From Hemiscyllium ocellatum (lineage: Eukaryota), in the NCBI RefSeq assembly GCF_020745735.1, contig NC_083413.1, forward strand, positions 19,220,001 to 19,284,000: a stretch of DNA of 64,000 bases, given 5' to 3'. The notes under the pieces are model-generated. The model searched no databases, was not told where the DNA came from, and saw only the letters and a program-made list of their open reading frames with translations. A program made the position numbers and the translations under genes. Of this stretch, positions 52,501-64,000 are shown piece by piece (the first letter of the stretch is position 1; each line of letters begins with the position of its first letter).

Positions 52501-55500
52501 ACTTCCATGTGAATGCACAAAAGATGAGATCAACAGTGGACCATCTCTATTAGACAAAGTTAGAAATTGCCCAAGGTCACCTGTAGAGAAAGAGAGTGTG
52601 AATAAGAGAATGTTCATAGACATTCTTCACGTCAAATTCTGAAGATTGGACATTATACATGGTTGCGGTTCGGACATGAAAGAGCAAAGATTGGAATGAA
52701 TCTTGGGAGTGAATATTTGAATGGGATGTTTTGAAATTATGAAATAAATTGTATATTGTCTTTTTAAGAAGATCCACTCCTGTAAGCACTGTAGGAGGTA
52801 AACATATTGCACTTCTCCACTGATATTTTTGATTTGATATCATGAACAACCACAAATTATAATCGAAATACAAAGTTTGTTTTTTGCTTTATTTGTGGCA
52901 GATTAGTTACTTTGCAACCTGTGCATGCCTGAGCAATAGAAAAGAATATCCATCATTTTTTCGAACAATACCAAGTGATTACTATCAGGCGAGAGCATTA
53001 GCCCAGCTGGTGAAGCATTTTGGATGGACCTGGATCGGGACAGTTAAGAGCGACGATGACTATGGAAACTTTGGAATGCATGCATTTGAAGAGGAAGTTC
53101 AAGAGTTAGGCGTTTGCATAGCCTTTTCAGAGTCATTTCACTTAACATATGCTCGAGAGAAATTACTGAAAACAATTGACACCATAAAAACCTCTTCTGC
53201 AAAAGTTGTCGTTGCCTTTGTGGGAAAATCAAACATGCGGACTCTACTAAAAGAAATGATTAGACAAAATGTCAGCGGCATACAATGGATTGGAACTGAA
53301 TCATGGGTTTCTGCATTGCTTCTTTCTCCAGAGGAAACCAAAATGATTGCTTCTGGTACAATTGGAATTGCAATTCGCAAAGTCCATATACCAGGGTTGA
53401 GAGACTTCCTAATGAAAGTTCATCCATCCTTGTATCCAGAGAACCTTTTGGTCAAACTGTTTTGGGAAAGTTGTTTTGGCTGTACTCTAATTGATGGAAA
53501 CAAAACAGATTCACGAAAAACTGAATCGGAGCTGAAGAAATGCACAGGAAGAGAAAATTTACAAAATATCCAAAATGAATTTACTGATGTCTTGCAATAC
53601 AGAGTCACTTACAACGTGTACAAAGCAACTTATGCAATAGCTCATGCACTTCACAATATGGCGTCATGTAAAACTGGGTCAGGGCCTTTCTCCAATGGGA
53701 GTTGTGCCAATATTTCAAATTTTCAACCATGGCAGGTGAGGAACATTTAACATGGTTTGATCTCTGCATTTACATATATGTCAAAAGTGGTCAAATTCAC
53801 AGTTGAAAATTTGCAATTAATGTAAGTAAGTTCTCATTTTGTTTTTTTTTTGTTTAAAGTTACTATATTATATGAGAACAGTGAAATTCACAACCAAGAT
53901 CGGAGAAAAAGTTTATTTTGATGAAAATGGAAACCCTGTCGCAACATATGATATTGTAAACTGGCAACCAAATGCTCTCGGTAACATCAACATTGTAAAT
54001 GTTGGGCTCTATGATGGAACAGCTCGTTTCGGAGAAGAACTTTCAATAACAGAAGGGACGATTGTTTGGAGTGGTGGTCAGAAGTCGGTAAGATTTCTAG
54101 AAAACCATCCCTTTTAAACTGACTTAATTTTTATTTCAAAAGCAGTCTGATGATTGTTGTATCAAATCTGCACACTGCCCACCACTGCCCATTTCCCAAT
54201 GTGGACTAAAATTGCAACTGATCATGTGCTTTTAAACAGAAAATATTTCCTCACCAATTCGAAAATTGCTAAACTTGATCAACCCAGATTGTAAGATCAG
54301 GGAGGTTTTCTTTCTACCCACTTCAACAGCAGTATTTCTTTGTTCATAACTGGTGTAATTAAAAATGTGAAAGAAGCATGTACAAATGAAGAACAAGTTA
54401 TTATCGTACCTTTGTCTTAAAATAGCATTGCAATGACGAAGGAATGTAGGAAAAAGATATAAAATCTAAACATACTGAAAAGTGGTTGCATAGCTTTGCA
54501 AAAAAAAACTGTGGGAACAATGGATACATTAGTTGTATGTCAAGGAACATTATAGTTCATATTCATCTTGACCACAAACACATTTCTGCTGCAGTCATGC
54601 CAAGCAATGACTATCTCCAACAGGAGATCTCCCCTTGATATTCAATTGCTATCTGGGGATTACAATTACATGAAGCTGAGTTGGAATGATCATATTCGAT
54701 CTGTAGTTTCGAGAGCATACCAGATGCTAGGAAAGCTGCAATAGGTAACTCACCTCAGGAATTTCCAACACAACCACCACCTACAGAACAACGATCAGGA
54801 CTGTGGTCAAATCCTCCCACTTCTCTCGATGGGTGTAGGTCCAAGAACACTGAAGAAGCTTGACAAACACAGGAAAAATCAGCCCAATTGATTGACACCA
54901 AATCCACAACATTGACATCTTCTACCACAGATATTCAGTAGCAGCACCTTCAAGATACACTACAGAAATTCAACAGTGCTATTTGGGAAGCAACTTCCAA
55001 ACATGCTCATTTCCATCTAGAAGATCATTGGCAATAAATCCATAGGTCACCATCACCTGCAAGTTCCCCTGACAGCCACACACAATCCTGTCTTAGAAAT
55101 ATGTCTCCGTTCTCCTCTTATGACAATATGGCGACAATATCAACAGCAAATGAATTTCAATAGTTCAGAAAGGCAGGTCTCAAAGCCAAATATTGGGTTG
55201 TTTAGCAACGGTCACATTGCATGAATAAATAAAGAAAACATTTTTATTTCTGAATTTGATTTTCATTTTAGCCATTAAATGGTATTACTGCAAATTGCAT
55301 CTGATTTTATTTTGATATTTCCCTATTTCCTTTTTTAATAAAATGAAGCAAATCCCGGAACACATCCGATATGTTATCTCAAGAATCTGCACAAACCTAC
55401 TCTTCGCACTTTTCTGCGACATGATGAGGTCACAAGTGCTGATATTATTTCAAAAGCAATAGTGCTAACACAGGTGACATAATTAGGATTTGTTCTGTTA

Positions 55501-56735
55501 CCAGAGTGAATGTTGTACATTTGCCACAGGGAATTATTAACATTTCTTCATCATTGTATTCATATTCCTAATGAGGTACCTAAAGCTGTTTGTTCTGAAA
55601 GCTGCCATCAAGGAACAAGAAAAGCAGGAAGAAAAGGACAACCCGTTTGCTGTTTTGATTGTATACAATGTGCGCAGGGTGAAATTAGTAACACAACTGG
55701 TAAGGATGCACCATTGCCACAGGCATTGTTTCTTAAACTACATGTGCATTGCTCAGGTTTCAAGATTCCTCGTATACTGATGAAGTCTTGTGTTGTTTTT
55801 TAGATTCCATTCATTGCATAAAATGTCCATTGGAATTCAAATCTAATGAAAGAAGGGATCAGTGCATTCCAAAAGAAATTGTGTTTCTTTCCTTTTTCGA
55901 GACAATGGGAATCATTTTGGTGACGCTGGCCCTTATTGGAGCCTGCACCACTGTTGGTGTATTCGCAATATTCTACATCTACAGACACACACCAATTGTG
56001 AAAGCTAATAACTCAGAGTTAAGCTTCCTTCTACTTTTTGCCCTTACACTTTGTTTTCTGTGTTCAATTACATTCATTGGGACACCTTCAGTTTGGTCTT
56101 GTATGCTCTGCCACGTAGCATTTGGTATTAGTTTTGTTCTTTGCATTTCTTGTGTATTGAGTAAAACAATTGTTGTGGTGATGGCGTTCAAAGCAACATT
56201 TCCCAGCAATAATATGATGCAGTGGTTTGGACCAAGACAACAACGGCTGATGGTTTACATCCTCACACTGGTACAATGTGTAATATGTACTGCCTGGTTA
56301 ATTGTATTTCCACCTTATCCATTGAAAAACACTAGTCACTCTAATGAGATAATCGTCTTTGAATGCAATGTAGGATCTTTGTTAGCCTTCTACAGTGTAC
56401 TTGGTTATATTGGATTTCTGTCCTGTGCATGTTTTGTCATGGCTTTTCTGGCTCGACAACTTCCAAATAACTTCAATGAAGCGAAACACATAACGTTTAG
56501 CATGCTTATCTTTTGCGCAGTTTGGATAACTTTCATTCCAGCTTACATAAGTTCGCCAGGGAAATATGCTGTGGCAGTTGAAGTATTTGCTATTTTGGCT
56601 TCCAGCTTTGGTCTTCTTATTTGCATTTTTTCTCCAAAATGTTACATTATTCTGTTGAAGAAAGAAAACAATACAAAGAGGAACATGATGGGCTCAGTGG
56701 GTTCAAAAAAATTCTTTCAGAGTGTTGATAAATGA
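49531..56735 (+). CDS. V2R/OlfC vomeronasal type-2 receptor (extracellular calcium-sensing receptor-like), copy 3, intact, 875 aa
   Basis: Exons 49531-49748, 50300-50591, 52902-53735, 53860-54087, 55576-55699, 55804-56735. Same exon lengths as copy 2, no stops; intron 4 is 1488 nt. Confidence 0.93.
54590..55190 (+). mobile_element. Ancient CR1/L2-group LINE 3' fragment in intron 4 of copy 3
   Basis: Resembles the decayed element at 9480-9960 (caa..atctcca..a.ga; gtaactca.ct; gaacact.aa....ttgaca). Confidence 0.5.
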
Positions 56736-56942
56736 GACACAGATGTTTTAGTAGATAATGACCTTGTCATAATGATAGTGAATGGCAATTCCATGTGAAG
56801 GGCCATAAAGCAAAATATTGTACCAGCACTCATTTTACATAATCGAACAATGACCTGCAATACCTGCAATTTTGGAGTTTGGCTGATACTTTTGACTATT
56901 TTATACATCTGCCCCAAGTTTCATTTGCATGAAACCATGGAG

Positions 56943-57118
56943 CAGAGGAACCTCATGTACCTAGCATTCAATTATCTGAATTTCAGATTATCTGAACAAT
57001 GTCGCAAGGTCCTGATGTTTGGTTAAACTGTTTTATCCAACATTCGATTATCTGGCATTCGATTATCCAAACAAAGTAGACCCTGCCTGTGTCGTTCAGA
57101 TTATCAAGGTTCCTCTTG
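56943..57118. mobile_element. Tigger/pogo-like MITE, copy 3 3' UTR
   Basis: Same terminal inverted repeats as 19512-19687. Confidence 0.7.
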
Positions 57119-57927
57119 TAATCAGAACTGAATGGTGTGTAACCTATATTTATTGAAAGATGGATCAAAGTTACTTTTTGTTCACTTATTGTGACTTGAA
57201 TTTCTTTATTGCATGGAGATTCTATTTGAAACTTGCTTGATCTGTGAATAAAAACTCAATTCTGAAGCTTGGTCTATTCAAATGTCCAAATAGATTGCTC
57301 ACATCGTTTTCACAAAGGACTTCAATAAAAATGCTGTCACTGTGCTAAATTAACATTGAAGGGGGTCGCTGGTGGGAAGGTGGGATGATGATGTTGGAAG
57401 AGGGAAGGTTTTGGAAATTTTGAATTCACCATGTCGGCGGTAATTTGGAAAACTCAATATTTGGTCCTTTTCAGAATTAGTTTTCTATTCATATTCCAAA
57501 GGATCTCACAAATAATTATCTTCTCCCATTCTTAACGAAGACATAGCTGTAATATGCACTCACTAACCAGCAGGCTCTCTATGCTTCTTTAAATGATATG
57601 TACCATATATGTACTCTTAACATTTTTGAGTATCTTCTCGCTGAGATGTTGTAATTCACTGTTATATTATCATTTTCAATGCCTAATTTACCAAGTCATT
57701 CCCAAAATGGTTGTTCTTTTTTATCTATGCACTGTCACATATGGCATGCATAGTCTTCTACCTTGATTGAAACCTATAGAAGTTGGTGTTTTCAACATAG
57801 TTATCCATTTTACATGCACATTATTTACCATATATCCATGAATATGAATACTTTCTACCTAATAACAATGTCAGAAGTATTGGTGTTCAGTGTGAGCAAA
57901 ATTAGAGAAACCATTATGGATGATTAT

Positions 57928-58245
57928 GGGCGGCACGGCGGCACAGTGATTGGCACTGCTGCCTCACAACGCCAGAGACCCGGGTTCAATTCCCACCTCA
58001 GGCAATGTCTGTGAGGAGTTTGCACATTCTCCCAGTGTCTGCGTGGGTTTCCTCCGGGTGCTCTGGTTTCTGCCCACAGTCCAAAAATGTGCAGTTTAGG
58101 TGAATTGACCATGCTAAATTGCCCATAATTTTATGTGAAGGGGTAGATGTAGGGGAATGGGTCTGGGTGGGTGTGCTTCGGCGGGTCGGTGTGGACTTGT
58201 TGGGCCGACGAGCCTGTTTCCACACTGTAAGTAATCTAATCTAAT
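57928..58245 (+). mobile_element. HE1-like V-SINE
   Basis: Homologous to 20504-20822 with an intact GGGTTCAATTCCC B box. Confidence 0.92.
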
Positions 58246-60334
58246 TTCACGAGGAGTAAAATCTTTAATGGTGAATGGAGGTGTTTAATTAACTTATTCA
58301 GTTCCTTTGAACTGAATTCTGAGTGTGGGAGAAATCAACAATCATGGATGAGATGATACCTGCAGACCTGTCTTATATCATGCTGTTGGGAGAGGTGACT
58401 GGTCCAGGAGGAGAGTTGATCTGTCCTTGAAGGATTGGCAGATGGAGGAATGTTATATTGAGAACTGGTCTGTGTGAAGGCAGTTTTGCTGTGGGAATGC
58501 TTCTGTGTCTTATGATCCATCAGCATGAAATTAAATTGACCTCTTCCATGTAGCAGCCATTGCCTCGCTTTGGCTGTCAGTTTTCTAGGCAGCACAGGAA
58601 AGCCTGCCATTTACAGCTGGAATTGGTAGACAGGGAATAATAGCAACTAAACCTTATTACAATATTGAGTCTCACGTTACTTCCTAGGCAGTTTGGCTCC
58701 CAGACTTCTGCAACACCTAATTATGTATCATGAATTTATCAGATATCTTAAAGAATGGAACAAGTAGGGCAAAAAAGGGGGGAAATACTTGATGTGCTGC
58801 ATGTGAATTTACAAAATCTGTTAAGAGGGCTGACATAAAAAAAGGTTACTACACAAAATATGAGCTCATTGTGCTTGGGCTCATATATTAATATGATTAT
58901 ATGATTGGATGACTAACAGGAGTCATTAAGGTTGTTCATCTCTAGGTTAAAAAATTGGAACAAGTACGATACTGCAGAGATGGTCCGTCACCTAATTATA
59001 ATACGCATTAGTCCTCGCTATCCCTTCAAGAATGTTTTGTAGACACATTTGCTGATGATAGATGGACAGGAAAGCACTTTTGAGGCTTAAAATGTTTGGA
59101 TAGAATATCTGCAAATGGATATATATAGGTTAACAGATTGGACAAAAATGTCAGGTAGAGTCTGTTTTGCAGTTGTTTAACCTCAGTCCCTTTGATCAGA
59201 TGGATAAAATAATAAAATGTAAGTTCGGAAATAACATGGTTCCTATTTTAGGGGAAGATAGGAAGAATGTCTTCCTCCAAGGGCCATTATTTTTAGAATT
59301 CTCTTTCCGAGGCAGCAGTACAAGTTGAATCTTCGAATATATTCAAGGGCATGTTAAACTTATTTTCAATCCACAAATGAGTTAAGGGTTATGAGGAGAA
59401 AGTACAGAAGTGCTGTAGGCAGATCATCCATTATCTTACTAAATGATGGAGTAGGATCATGGTGGCCTAGTTAAAGAGAAGACAACAACATGAGCAACAG
59501 AGTTGAAAGGAAGATAGTCAGCAATTAATGGCATGGGATTAACTGTACTGGAGGCAAGGCTGAAGAGTTTGTGGTTGTATGTTATACCTTCCACACCCAA
59601 TTGAGTGCCTAGTTTGTACATCATCAGGAAAACCAGGCCACAGCATTTTTCTCCAAATTGACCAACAATAGCATTCACATCAAATTTCATGTGGAATTTG
59701 ACAGCAAGATTTAACAACACAACTTATTATGGCTTTTTTTGATGGCTCTTCCTCCCATCTTTGGATCCAATAAATTTTAATATATCTTTGTGTTCTGTCT
59801 GCACTCGACACCAGCCCTCATTGCTACTTCAGTCGAAAGATGACCAATTGTTTGAATTCTAGGAGTGAGTTAAGATTGGGGAAGGTGACATTTGATGGAA
59901 GGCAGCCTTGAGAAACTCAAATAAAATTGAAATCATGGAAAACCTGTCCAGTGACTAGAGCTATACTCAGCACAACGATCTTGGAGGCAAAGTATCACTA
60001 GTTCCTCAGAGCGCTGATGCAGTCCCACAATCTTCAGCAACTTTAACAAGGAAAAGTCTTCATTAGAAAATCAGAAATGGAATGATAGCACTGTGTTCAG
60101 TACCATTTTCAGTGACTCATAACGGAGCAGTTCATGCCCAGACGCAGAAAAGCCATGGATTGCATTCAGGCTTGGGATGGTTAAGAGGTAATTAACATGC
60201 AAGTCACACAAGTACCAAACAATAATCATCTTCGATAAAACATAACTTAATCATCACCCTTTATCTTTAATTTGTTATTCTTAATAAATTCTCCACTTTC
60301 AACAGGCTGCATGATTCCATTGGCCTGGAGATGC

Positions 60335-60592
60335 CAATTCCCGCCTCAGGCGACTGACTGTGTGGAGTTTGCACGTTCTCCCCGTGTCTGCGTGGGTTTC
60401 CTCCAGGTGCTCCGGTTTCCTCCCACAGTCCAAAGATATGCGGGTCAGGTGAATTGGCCATGCTAAATTGCCCGTAGTGTTAGGTAAGGGGTAAATGTGG
60501 GGGTATGGGTGGGTTGCACTTCGGAGGGTCGGTGTGGACTTGTTGGGCCGAAGGGCCTGTTTCCACACTGTAAGCAATCTAATCTAATCTAA
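60335..60592 (+). mobile_element. 5'-truncated HE1-like V-SINE, specific to spacer unit 4
   Basis: V-domain and (AATCT)n tail; empty site ggagatgtca(t/c)agaaata at 3942, 22907 and 41088. Confidence 0.9.
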
Positions 60593-61843
60593 AATGTTGT
60601 GCTTACACAGGCTTGATTTTCTGAGTGGAAGAAGTCACTTCTTAGTTTCTCCAGGTCTTTTCACCAGCTGTGGGACACAATTCAGGAGGCTAATAAGCCA
60701 AGCTCACTTTGCTGGGCAGTGCACTCCAACAGCACGTCAACAAAATTGAGGACCAAAGCAGCTGACTTGATCCAAATATGAATCACATTAAACCTGAAAT
60801 TCAATTTCAGTACTGCACAGTGCTAGCAGTGAATAATCTACAAGATGCTCTGGAGCAAATTGCAAAGATGGCTCCATACAAACCCAGCACCTCTACCATT
60901 TAGAAGATTAATGTCAGCAAGTGCTTGTGAATGGCACTGTCTGAAAGCTTCAAACCATTTTAACTGAGAGAATGGTTACCACAAAGAAGGAGGCCATTCA
61001 GCCTGCTGAACGTGTACCAGCCAATTAAAGAAGAAAAATTGCTTGCTTATGTCTTCACCCTTTCCCCTTAACTGTATACACATTAATCTTGAGGTGCTTA
61101 TCTAATTTCCTTTGAAAGCCACAAATATATTTGCCGCCATGACTGTATTACTGACTCCATTCCAGATTCTAACTACTCACGGCAGAAGACATTTACTTTC
61201 CAGATGGACTAGTCAGTATTTTGGAAACATTGTTCTTATTTTGCTGTTGATAATTCACAAACATAGAGGTTTGTCTGACAGTGCAGGGTGGCTGTGGCTA
61301 CATCATAGGGAGCACAGTGTTTTAAGAGAGTGATTCATCACTGACTTGTCAAGGAAATTTTCTGATCATGAAGTAATGATTACTTTGCCAATGATACCCA
61401 CGTGCCAGATATTAATAAAAGATGCATCCAAAGTCTGCACCAATTATATTCTAGCATTTCCAAGCAATCATGGAATAATACATTTTCGAGGAAAGCTACT
61501 TGGATGAATGCACCCTACCAGCCCTTTTAGGCCCATTTATACACTCCTTTCTGAAAATCATGACATGTTCTCCACTTCATGTACTTATTCAATTCTATTG
61601 TTGAAATTGTTACACCACCATTTCAGGCAGATCATTCCTTTTCATACAATCTCTTACTTCAAAGTAAATGCTTCTATTTGTTTTACTGCTTATCTTAAAG
61701 TATGTCCTCTGTGTAATGTCACTGGCAACAGTTTCTACAATTTATTTATTTAAGTCTCTCTATGATTTTGGTCCCTTCTCATAAATCTCATTCAGCCTTC
61801 TCTGCTTAAAGGAGGAAAATCCTTCTTTAGTCATGTCTGCACC

Positions 61844-62079
61844 TTAGATTCTTAGATTCCCTATAGTGCGGAAATAGGCCCTTTGAACAAGTCCACACCG
61901 ACATTCCGAAGAGTAAACCACCCAGACTCATTCACCTACTCCCTACTAATGCACCTATCATGGTAGGCAATTTAGCATGGCCAATTCACCTGATCCACAC
62001 ACCTTTGGACTGTGGGAGGAAACCAGAGCACCCAGAGGAAACCCACACAGACACAGGGAGAATGTGCAAACTCCACGCA
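61844..62079 (-). mobile_element. V-SINE fragment (tail variant ttagattc)
   Basis: tttggactgtgggaggaaaccagagcacccagaggaaacccacacagacacagggagaatgtgcaaactccac. Confidence 0.85.
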
Positions 62080-62827
62080 TTGTGAAGTCCAACAGCCCTG
62101 TTTCTTATTGTAGGTAATTGTCCTACTTCCACATTAAGGCTTGAAGATTTACTCAAGTCTGTGATTAATTTCTCTAGCTATATTCATTTGTTGTGTGGTG
62201 TGATTCAACATTCCTTTTGAAATATAATGTTTAGAGCATGCCCAGATCCAGAATTGCTTTGTAAAAGTTTCAATCAGCTCAATGCAAGTGGAAGCATTTA
62301 AAAGGTTATTTAGGATAGTTCAGAGGTCACTGCACCGACATTCAAAGCAGAAGGACGTGAAATAAAAGTTAGTAAATATGGGAAAGAGAGATATGGTCTC
62401 CATTTATGTGAGTGAGGCAATTAACTAAACTGTTGAGTAGGTCAACAAGACACATGTTGGGGATGTAGTGAAAATTCAATAACAGTTGGAAACTGTGCTG
62501 TCATCAAATCTCTGGAGTGTGAAAGCAGGCCTTTCTGTCCACACCGAGTGTCTGAACACACTTCCACCCTGACCCTATACCTGTAACTCTGCATTTTCTG
62601 TGACATATCAAACTGGCTTGCACATTCCTGCAGTTCTGAGGATGCATGGCTCGCCTGAAACATCAACTCTACTTCCTCTCCACAGTTACTGCTAGATCTG
62701 CTGTGCTTTTCCAACAATTTTTTTCTTGGATATTGAGTGGTTTGGAGGGAAACTTGCCATCACGGCACAATTTCTTCTCATGTTTTCCTATTTGCACTAG
62801 TATTCGACTTTTGATATAGTCTATATT

Positions 62828-63092
62828 TTCCCGCCTTGGGCAACTGTCTGTGTGAAGTTTGCACATTCTCCCCGTGTCTGCGTGGGTTTCTTCCGGGTGC
62901 TCTAGTTTCCTCCCACAGTCCAAAGATGTGCAGGTTAGGTGAATTGGCCATGCTAAATTGCCCGTAGTGTTAGATGAAGGGGTAAATGTAGCAGAATGGG
63001 TCTAGGTGGGTTGCTCTTCAGAGGGTCAGTGTGGACTTGTTGGGCTGAAGGGCCTGTTTCCACACTGTAAGTAATCTAATCTAATCTAAAAA
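62828..63092 (+). mobile_element. 5'-truncated HE1-like V-SINE, specific to spacer unit 4
   Basis: V-domain and (AATCT)n tail; empty site at about 5920, 24185 and 42366. Confidence 0.9.
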
Positions 63093-63174
63093 AAATTCAA
63101 TTTGATTCTCTACTGTATTGCAAAAACTGCATTTGTTATACTTGCTGTTTTTCAGTCATGTTTCACTATCCAGT

Positions 63175-63895
63175 GTTTATGACTGTATAGAGGTATATTG
63201 TGCCTTTCAGAGAGAGAGGTAGCTAGCAAGGACTAACTGAAAGCATAGAGTGTCCTGAACAAGTTAAAAATGTAACACTTGATTGAAACAAATAGCTGGT
63301 GCTGTGTTGTCATGGAACAAAAACAAATTCAAATTATACCAATCCGTTTAACTTATGTCCTAGTATACCAAAATCCAATTGAATTTGAATTTAGTGTTTT
63401 GATGACATCAAACCAATGAAATAATCTGATGTTTTGGGGTATAAAACTGGACAGTTAGAACATTTAGCGGGAGAACTACCAAGAAAACCAAAAAGTATAG
63501 ATTGTTAGCCAAATAGCTCTCTGAAAGTTATCCATGCATAAGGAATGTTGGTCGGCAGAAGAAGAAAAGATGACCCAGGAAAACACAAAGGAATATGAAT
63601 GAAGCTGACAGATTTGAAATGTGATTTTTTTTTGTAAAGCTTAATCAGGATTTTTTTTAATCAGACTAGTATTGTAGAGTGACAGGTAAAAGATAGGTTG
63701 AAGAGAAAGAAGTTGTAAATAGTTATGGTTTTAATGTCCTCTGTTGGTTTTAAAGAATAAAATTGTTAATTTTTACTTTAAATAGTGAAATTTGGGATAG
63801 TTCTTTGTCTCTCGAAATTTAACAGATTACAGCATGAGGTGAGCTTCTCTCTGTCAGGTATAAATTAGCAGAGTGGTTTACCCCATGTCGTAACA
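63175..63895 (+). mobile_element. Solo LTR, diverged fourth copy
   Basis: CAGT flanks on both sides, 3' end GTCGTAACA, TATAAAA at 63440, AATAAA at 63756. Confidence 0.72.
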
Positions 63896-64000
63896 CAGTG
63901 AACATAAACTATCAATCATCCCATCCACTATGACCATGCAAAACAATTTGGGTAGACCCATAACACTGTAATGGATGGAGTTCCATAATACTGACCAAAC

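Larger units (their letters stand above)
17400..53700 (+). repeat. Near-identical tandem segmental duplication, unit about 18,181 bp
   Basis: Homologous ORFs recur at exactly +18181 from 18079/36260 through 29598/47779, and at +18179 to +18184 thereafter. By eye only a few substitutions per kb in the spacers. Boundaries are approximate. Confidence 0.95.

Noticed and set aside
1-64000. CRISPR array, rRNA or prokaryotic systems
   Set aside because: No repeat-spacer array or rRNA-like sequence; intron-containing vertebrate DNA.

Overview
Eukaryotic, repeat-rich DNA from a cartilaginous fish. This is inferred from HE1-type V-SINEs, their CR1/HER1-type partner LINEs and shark-type Penelope repeats. 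The window holds a tandem array of three six-exon, + strand class C GPCR genes of the V2R/OlfC (vomeronasal type-2 / CaSR-like) family, at ATG 13179, 31347 and 49531 (period about 18.2 kb). A fourth, more diverged spacer unit starts at the right edge. Copies 2 and 3 splice to intact 875-aa ORFs; copy 1 has a +1 frameshift in exon 3. The block of about 17.4-35.5 kb is repeated almost exactly at +18,181 bp, which makes copy 2 look like a chimera (5' half like copy 3, 3' half like copy 1) carrying a tract of private variants. The spacers contain CR1 LINE fragments, HE1 SINEs, a solo LTR, a Tigger-like MITE in each 3' UTR and many Penelope-like elements with minimal hammerhead-ribozyme motifs. Two of these Penelope insertions are young and copy-specific, with clean target-site duplications. 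All three genes need a rare GAG acceptor for exon 5; a perfect TACTAAC branch point precedes it in copies 1 and 2. Most short ORFs in the supplied track are spurious or are transposon fragments.
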